Shown here piece by piece: positions 58,868 through 64,000 of a stretch of DNA of 64,000 nucleotides. The notes under the pieces were generated by a model. That model saw only the letters and a program-made list of their open reading frames with translations. It did not search any database and was not told where the DNA came from. Source of the DNA: Candidatus Thalassarchaeaceae archaeon (GTDB lineage: Archaea > Thermoplasmatota > Poseidoniia > Poseidoniales > Thalassarchaeaceae); assembly GCA_045568115.1 (NCBI GenBank), contig JBJLBO010000005.1, positions 397,034 through 461,033 of the forward strand. Direction: 5' to 3'. Each line of letters opens with the position of its first letter. Positions within the stretch are counted from its first letter, which is position 1. A program made the position numbers and the translations under genes.

Positions 58868-59326
58868 ATGGGTCGCAAGCAGATGGAATTGAATTCGGTA
58901 GATTACGGTAGTATTCAGAAAGCAATAGGAGACGTTCAAGAAAATGGGCGTAACATACGCCTCACATTTGCCTCTTATTACGTGGATGAGGATTATGATA
59001 TTGGCTGGGAAGTTGATGCTGCTGTGAATGCTTTTGAAATGTTCTCGTCTCGTTGGACAACTGAAATATTAGCAGCACTCTATATTGCAGGAGATCGAAG
59101 ATTCAATGAATTACGTTCTTTACTTCGTGGTATTTCTTCTCGAACTTTATCTGATAAATTAACTACCTGTCAGAAGCATGGTGTTGTAGAGAGAGTAGTC
59201 GAAGAAGGACCTCCAATTAGAGTCACATACAGACTTACTTCACACGGAAGAACTTGCGGAAAATTGCTAAGTCCTCTGGTCGCATACATGAAAATTTACA
59301 AGGATCTAATCGTTGTTGAAGAGTAA
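58868..59326 (+). CDS. HxlR-family winged-helix transcriptional regulator
   Basis: RWTTEIL, RRFNELR..L.GISSRTLSDKL, PPIRVTYRLT..G; TTTTATA at 58831-58837. Confidence 0.9.
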   Translation: MGRKQMELNSVDYGSIQKAIGDVQENGRNIRLTFASYYVDEDYDIGWEVDAAVNAFEMFSSRWTTEILAALYIAGDRRFNELRSLLRGISSRTLSDKLTTCQKHGVVERVVEEGPPIRVTYRLTSHGRTCGKLLSPLVAYMKIYKDLIVVEE

Positions 59327-59396
59327 ATGAATAATCGATGCGAGAGCGATTCATGAAGCCGCATCCTTCAAAGACTGATAGGATTGAAACAGTAAC

Positions 59397-60050
59397 ATGG
59401 CATTGCTCCAACAGTGGCGCAGTAAGCGTTCTTGGCTTGTAGATGGTGTCTTAGCAGCTAGTGCTGGAATTCTGGGGCTTGGAGCCTTGTTTCCTGCAAT
59501 GGTTCCACCGGCCGCGCAAGGTACTCTTTCCGCACCTCGTGAAAACTGGGAACACCCCCTAAGAGCGACAATAATGTTAACATTAAATCGCTCACCAGGA
59601 ATCCACTTTAGAGCACTACAAAGAAGGTTGGATGCAGCAAATGGTACTCTTCGACATCATCTCGATGTTTTAGTTTCTGAAAAATCTGTCACCACTATGT
59701 CAGTTAATGGAAGAACCTGTTACTATGCAGGTGCTCCAGCTCAAGTAGAGATTCTCGAAGGCATGGGAGTTACTGATGATGCTCGTGCTGCTTCGATGCT
59801 TCCTGTTGGTCTTTCCGAACTTCAACGGGCAGTAGTATCGCATCTGACAAGAAATGAAATCCCCAATAGTCAGGCTGCTCTTGCGCGTGAACTTGGGCGT
59901 TCACGCTCTGCCGTTCATTCTGCTGTAGGAGTTCTGCGAACTCGGGGAATTGTCTGCGAAGGTGAGCTGCGTTTAGCGGATCATCTAAACGGATTGAGAA
60001 CTTCTAGGATAGAATACAACTGGCTCGACCTTCGTCTCGAACTTGCTTGA
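59397..60050 (+). CDS. Winged-helix protein with two HTH domains and a possible N-terminal membrane anchor
   Basis: RATI...PGIHFRALQRRL..ANGTLRHHL; second HTH SQAALARELGRSRSAVHSAV; hydrophobic N-terminus. Confidence 0.8.
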   Translation: MALLQQWRSKRSWLVDGVLAASAGILGLGALFPAMVPPAAQGTLSAPRENWEHPLRATIMLTLNRSPGIHFRALQRRLDAANGTLRHHLDVLVSEKSVTTMSVNGRTCYYAGAPAQVEILEGMGVTDDARAASMLPVGLSELQRAVVSHLTRNEIPNSQAALARELGRSRSAVHSAVGVLRTRGIVCEGELRLADHLNGLRTSRIEYNWLDLRLELA

Positions 60051-60126
60051 TTTCTCACAAATTGGGTTAATCTTGTTGCCACCCATAGGGAATCCTATTA
60101 CACATTGAATTTCGGCAGTGGGTTGT

Positions 60127-61215
60127 ATGTTCCGCGTTAGGCTAATTGAACAGCCAATGCCAACAGGTAGCAAGAACCCTGATGTCCTTCTTGCATGGAT
60201 TCTTGATTCCTTAGGATTAGTACGTTGGAAATCAGAAGGGGCTACCGTCGACGAGGAACAAGGTTCGATACATCGAATATTCCGGCAAACCTTCCTAGAA
60301 GAGCCTCTGAAGGGATGGGATAATGCCGCAATTACCGAATTCTCAGGATTATCCCAAACCGGAGTTCACAATCAAATGCATAAACTTCGCGAAGCGGGAT
60401 TAGTGGCATCTCAACTCTCCGGTCGCTGGCACGTTAATGTCCTACGAGGAGGTTCGATGGCTGGTGCAATCGAACTGATGTCTGTCCAGGCAAGGGTAAT
60501 CGCCAAGATACGCCTAAACGAATTGAGTTCTTACATTAATGATTCAGAAAAGAGAATGGATGTTGAGAGTGATGATGATGTTACAGAATTTAGAATCGAC
60601 ATCTCGGAACCCGGGCCTAAGAAAGAAGGAAATGATCAACTCGATGCTTGGATTCTTGACATGGGGGTTGCGGGAGACCGTGTAAAAGGAGGAGACAAAT
60701 TGGCTCGCAACATTTTCATTGAATTAGCATCAAGTGAGCGACCATTGACACTTCAAACACTAGCTGATAGGACTGATTCAACACGCTCACGTGCACAAAG
60801 AGTAGTCGAAAGATTACGCCAAGCAGGTATAGCCGATAGAGTGGCTATGCGAGATCGAATCGCCATGGATGTTTATGCAGGATTAATGCGACAATTCTCG
60901 GCGAGAGGTGAGGAGTGGTTGATGGGAAGAGGGGGGCTGAGCAGGCTCGACGAGGGTGTGTCAAAATCTCTTCTAGATGGGGCCAAGAAAGGTAAGTTGA
61001 GTATAGAGAAGGTGGAAGAAATTTTGAAACCTGTTGAAATCGAGGCTCAGAGGCTTCTTCTCAATACACTAGGTGGCCGAATGCCATATGGATATCGAAT
61101 TGCTGGACGCAATGCCGATGAAGTAACTGAGCGCGTGATGTCAATGATTGACAGGACACTAAGACGCTGCAAAACTGTCGCTCAGCGACTCGACGATGCC
61201 GTTGTTTCTCAGTAA
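60127..61215 (+). CDS. Tandem-duplicated ArsR-like winged-helix protein
   Basis: Two similar halves (AWILDSLGL / AWILDMGV), each followed by an HTH (SGLSQTGVHNQMHKLREAGL; TDSTRSRAQRVVERLRQAGI). Start 60118 or 60127. Confidence 0.7.
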   Translation: MFRVRLIEQPMPTGSKNPDVLLAWILDSLGLVRWKSEGATVDEEQGSIHRIFRQTFLEEPLKGWDNAAITEFSGLSQTGVHNQMHKLREAGLVASQLSGRWHVNVLRGGSMAGAIELMSVQARVIAKIRLNELSSYINDSEKRMDVESDDDVTEFRIDISEPGPKKEGNDQLDAWILDMGVAGDRVKGGDKLARNIFIELASSERPLTLQTLADRTDSTRSRAQRVVERLRQAGIADRVAMRDRIAMDVYAGLMRQFSARGEEWLMGRGGLSRLDEGVSKSLLDGAKKGKLSIEKVEEILKPVEIEAQRLLLNTLGGRMPYGYRIAGRNADEVTERVMSMIDRTLRRCKTVAQRLDDAVVSQ

Positions 61216-61228
61216 TCCTGTCTTCGAT

Positions 61229-61600
61229 TTATTCAGCAGAAACGGCATGGGCCTGTAGCGATTCAATATCGCAGGCGACCAATGCCTCCTCGTGAGTTGC
61301 CTCGAGGACAACTGGACAGGAAACTCCAGCCTCGGCAGCATCCTGCCAAGTCTGTGCACAGACACACCAACGATCTCCGGGTTTGAGTCCAGGAAAGCCA
61401 TGTTCTGGAGCCGGTGTAATCAGGTCGTTTCCATGCGAGCGGGCGAATTCAAGGAACTCTTGTGTCAGAATACAACAGACGGTGTGTGAGCCTCGATCGC
61501 GGGCATCGGTATTGCAGCATCCATCACGGAACCAGCCGGTAAGCGGAGCTAGAGAGCACGACTCCAATTCGCCGCCGAGTACATTGATAGAATCGTGCAT
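61229..61600 (-). CDS. DUF2237 family protein
   Basis: SINVLGGELESCS..PLTGWFRDGCCNT, FPGLKPGDRWCVCA..W. Confidence 0.9.
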   Translation of the reverse strand: MHDSINVLGGELESCSLAPLTGWFRDGCCNTDARDRGSHTVCCILTQEFLEFARSHGNDLITPAPEHGFPGLKPGDRWCVCAQTWQDAAEAGVSCPVVLEATHEEALVACDIESLQAHAVSAE

Positions 61601-62598
61601 CAGACCACCAGTGCAGTAGTATCGGCGAGCTCTCTAAGATATTCAGACACCCGTTCGCCGAGCATATTTTGATCGTTAATTGAATGTAATTCGACGCGCA
61701 TTTTTGAAGCACCAGGAAGACTCTTGGTGAAAGATACTGCATGTCGTTTGAGATTCTTGCACTCTCCTTCATCGTAAACTTCTCCACTCAATTCTAGATA
61801 ACGCTCCCAAGACCATGAGCGAGCAATTGTTTGGTTTTCCTCAGACCAAGGTGGTTCATTGGTTTGCCATCCTAAGTCTCTCTTAATTTCGTGAAATATG
61901 TTAGGTCTGCCTATTGCACCACGACCAATCATCAAACCTGCGGCACCTGTTGCTTCTAAGCAAGCGGAGGCAGAAGCAGCATCGACAACGTCTCCATTGG
62001 CAATCACTGGGATTTCAACAGCGTCGACAATTTCTCGAATTTGTGACCAATCTGCCTGACCTGCATATCGCTGTCTAAGAGTTCGTCCATGAACACATAT
62101 TCTCTCAACACCTTCTGCTTCTAGTCGCTGGCATATTTCCAATGCTGTGTTTGGTCCACTACCTGTTCCCAGTCTCATTTTGACGGTGATCGGAATGTCG
62201 GCAGCATCGATGCAGGATTTTACCATCTTGACAACTTTGTCGGGATTCTTCAAGAGGGCTGCCCCTGCATCGTTACGACACACCTTAGGAGCAGGACAAC
62301 CGAAGTTGATGTCTATGGTATCGGCACGATCCTGTAACAATTCGACTGTCGCCACCATCTCATCTATGTCACCCCCAAATATCTGAGGAATGAAAGGAGA
62401 CTCTCGAGGGTCAGACTCAACTTTCAACCAAGAGTGCTTAGCATGTCTTGACAACCCTGAGGCTGCGGTAAATTCAGTAATCGTGTAATCAGCACCACAC
62501 TCTCTAGCAAGGAGGCGATAGGCGAGATCTGTCACTCCCGCCATCGGCGCTAGGAACAGTGGTACTGCCTCTACCATAGTAAAACCCGAGCGACTCAT
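61600..62598 (-). CDS. dus: tRNA-dihydrouridine synthase
   Basis: LAPMAGVTD, QIFG, IDINFGCPAPKV, VKMRLG, VHGRT, ANGD, MIGRGAIGRP. Confidence 0.95.
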   Translation of the reverse strand: MSRSGFTMVEAVPLFLAPMAGVTDLAYRLLARECGADYTITEFTAASGLSRHAKHSWLKVESDPRESPFIPQIFGGDIDEMVATVELLQDRADTIDINFGCPAPKVCRNDAGAALLKNPDKVVKMVKSCIDAADIPITVKMRLGTGSGPNTALEICQRLEAEGVERICVHGRTLRQRYAGQADWSQIREIVDAVEIPVIANGDVVDAASASACLEATGAAGLMIGRGAIGRPNIFHEIKRDLGWQTNEPPWSEENQTIARSWSWERYLELSGEVYDEGECKNLKRHAVSFTKSLPGASKMRVELHSINDQNMLGERVSEYLRELADTTALVV

Positions 62599-62667
62599 CG
62601 TTATGATTGCAACGATGTGTTTTCAACAAAAAAACGATATTATTGTGAAAATAAACGATTTGGGTCA

Positions 62668-62755
62668 TTTTCAACCAACAGGTCCGTCCAAATAGCATGA
62701 GCATAGCGGGCAGCATGTCCGGGTTAGCCGGAGGGGCTGCCAGGATGGTTGAAAA
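62668..62755 (+). promoter_or_regulatory. Putative structured 5' leader of the DEAD-box helicase gene
   Basis: Nested inverted repeats covering the SD and the start codon (see findings). Confidence 0.45.
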
Positions 62756-64000
62756 CAACAGATTCGACACACTAGATTTGAGACCTAGAATCGCTCAATC
62801 CATTGAAGAAATGGGCTTTGAGATTATGACTCCTGTTCAGCAGAAAGTAATCCCACCCGCGCTTGAGGGACGAGATATTCTAGCAACTGCACAAACAGGA
62901 ACTGGAAAGACCGCAGCATATGGAATTCCAATCCTACAATCAGGAATGCGCTCGCTAGTTCTCGCACCAACTCGAGAGTTAGCATTACAGGTACAATCTG
63001 ATTTAGATCGGATGTGTGGCGGAACCACACCTACTGTTTGTTTGATTGGAGGCGCTCCCTTCCGAGATCAGAAGAGAGCCTTGAAGAGGCGCCCTGAATC
63101 GAATGTTGTTGCAACACCGGGTAGATTGTGTGACCACATCGACCAAGGTACAGTACACCTGGACGATATCGAATTATTCGTTCTTGATGAAGCCGATGAA
63201 ATGCTTAGTATGGGATTCTCAGAGGACTTGAACCGAATTACCAAAGTTATGCCTAGAGACCGTCAAACTTTGCTTCTAGCTGCTACAATGCCTAAAGGGG
63301 TTGAAAGATTGGCTAAAGCCGCCCTCCAAGATCCAGTACAAGTTAGTGTAGATGGAAAACGTTCAAGGGTAGCAGATACCGTCGAACAATCAGTATTAAT
63401 TATACCAAAAAGAAGTCGTGCTCAAGCCATTGAGAGGCTATTGATTAGGTATGACCCAGAAGCCTGTATTGTGTTCTGTAAAACTCGAACCCGAACCGAA
63501 GAGTTAGCCAAAGAATTGTCTCATATGGGCGCAGAACCACTGCATGGAGGGTTCCAACAAAAGCATCGTGACAATGTAATGGGAAGATTCCGGCAAGGAA
63601 GGAACAATCTACTGGTTGCAACAGATGTTGCCGCAAGAGGACTTGACGTCGAGGCTGTTGAATTGATAATTCAAGATGACATGCCTCAGAATTCTGAAGT
63701 CTATGTGCATAGAGTTGGACGTACTGGAAGAGCCGGCCGTCAGGGTAAGAGCATCCTATTGGTCTCAAAGGGTGTAAGCCGCCGAATTGGAATGCTAAAG
63801 AAAGTTGCAGGTCAATTAGACAAGGAGCCGCTCCCTACTGCTGCTGAGGCAGAAGAATTGCAAACTCTTCGTTTAGTGGAAGATATGCTTGAGAATGAGC
63901 CAAGCAAATTGGCAAAAACAGCATATCAAGCCGCATTAGGAACAAATCTAACTGCAGAAGAAATCGCTTTAGCAGCTATTGAAATGTTGGTTCATGATAC
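62745..64000 (+). CDS. deaD: DEAD-box RNA helicase (DeaD/CsdA-like), 3' end outside the window; absent from the ORF track
   Basis: Read manually: Q motif MGFEIMTPVQ, AQTGTGKT, PTRELA, TPGR, DEAD, AAT, ARGLD, HRVGRTGRAG. Confidence 0.93.
   Translation, partial: MVENNRFDTLDLRPRIAQSIEEMGFEIMTPVQQKVIPPALEGRDILATAQTGTGKTAAYGIPILQSGMRSLVLAPTRELALQVQSDLDRMCGGTTPTVCLIGGAPFRDQKRALKRRPESNVVATPGRLCDHIDQGTVHLDDIELFVLDEADEMLSMGFSEDLNRITKVMPRDRQTLLLAATMPKGVERLAKAALQDPVQVSVDGKRSRVADTVEQSVLIIPKRSRAQAIERLLIRYDPEACIVFCKTRTRTEELAKELSHMGAEPLHGGFQQKHRDNVMGRFRQGRNNLLVATDVAARGLDVEAVELIIQDDMPQNSEVYVHRVGRTGRAGRQGKSILLVSKGVSRRIGMLKKVAGQLDKEPLPTAAEAEELQTLRLVEDMLENEPSKLAKTAYQAALGTNLTAEEIALAAIEMLVHD

Overview
Chromosomal segment of an archaeon, most likely a Marine Group II euryarchaeote (Poseidoniales). 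This is inferred from archaeal information genes (radA, hel308, rpl7ae-rps28e-rpl24e, rps2, dhs) mixed with many bacterial-type genes (uvrB, uvrC, orn, alkB, msrA, dus, deaD, ubiD/ubiA) and large acidic secreted proteins. It holds about 55 CDS and two tRNAs (initiator Met-CAT, Ile-GAT). No CRISPR array, rRNA, integrase or transposase was seen. Four conserved genes (pyrC, uvrC, ccmF, uvrB) are each split by a single-base frameshift, most simply explained by consensus indel errors. The most notable candidates are: (1) an uncalled two-micropeptide operon (22 aa and 28 aa) with its own TATA-like box, SD motifs and palindromic leader, divergent from a run of three wHTH regulators; (2) an Hc1/'histone H1'-like small protein; (3) a lipid-anchored collagen-stalk protein ending in a type-1 copper site; (4) an orphan receiver domain coupled to a JAMM protease, next to a bacterial-type oligoribonuclease; (5) a GGR-ccmF / ubiD-ubiA respiratory cofactor cluster; (6) a zinc-less L24e; (7) a structured leader covering the SD and start codon of a DEAD-box helicase. 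No database searches were run; family calls rest on motifs recognised by eye.
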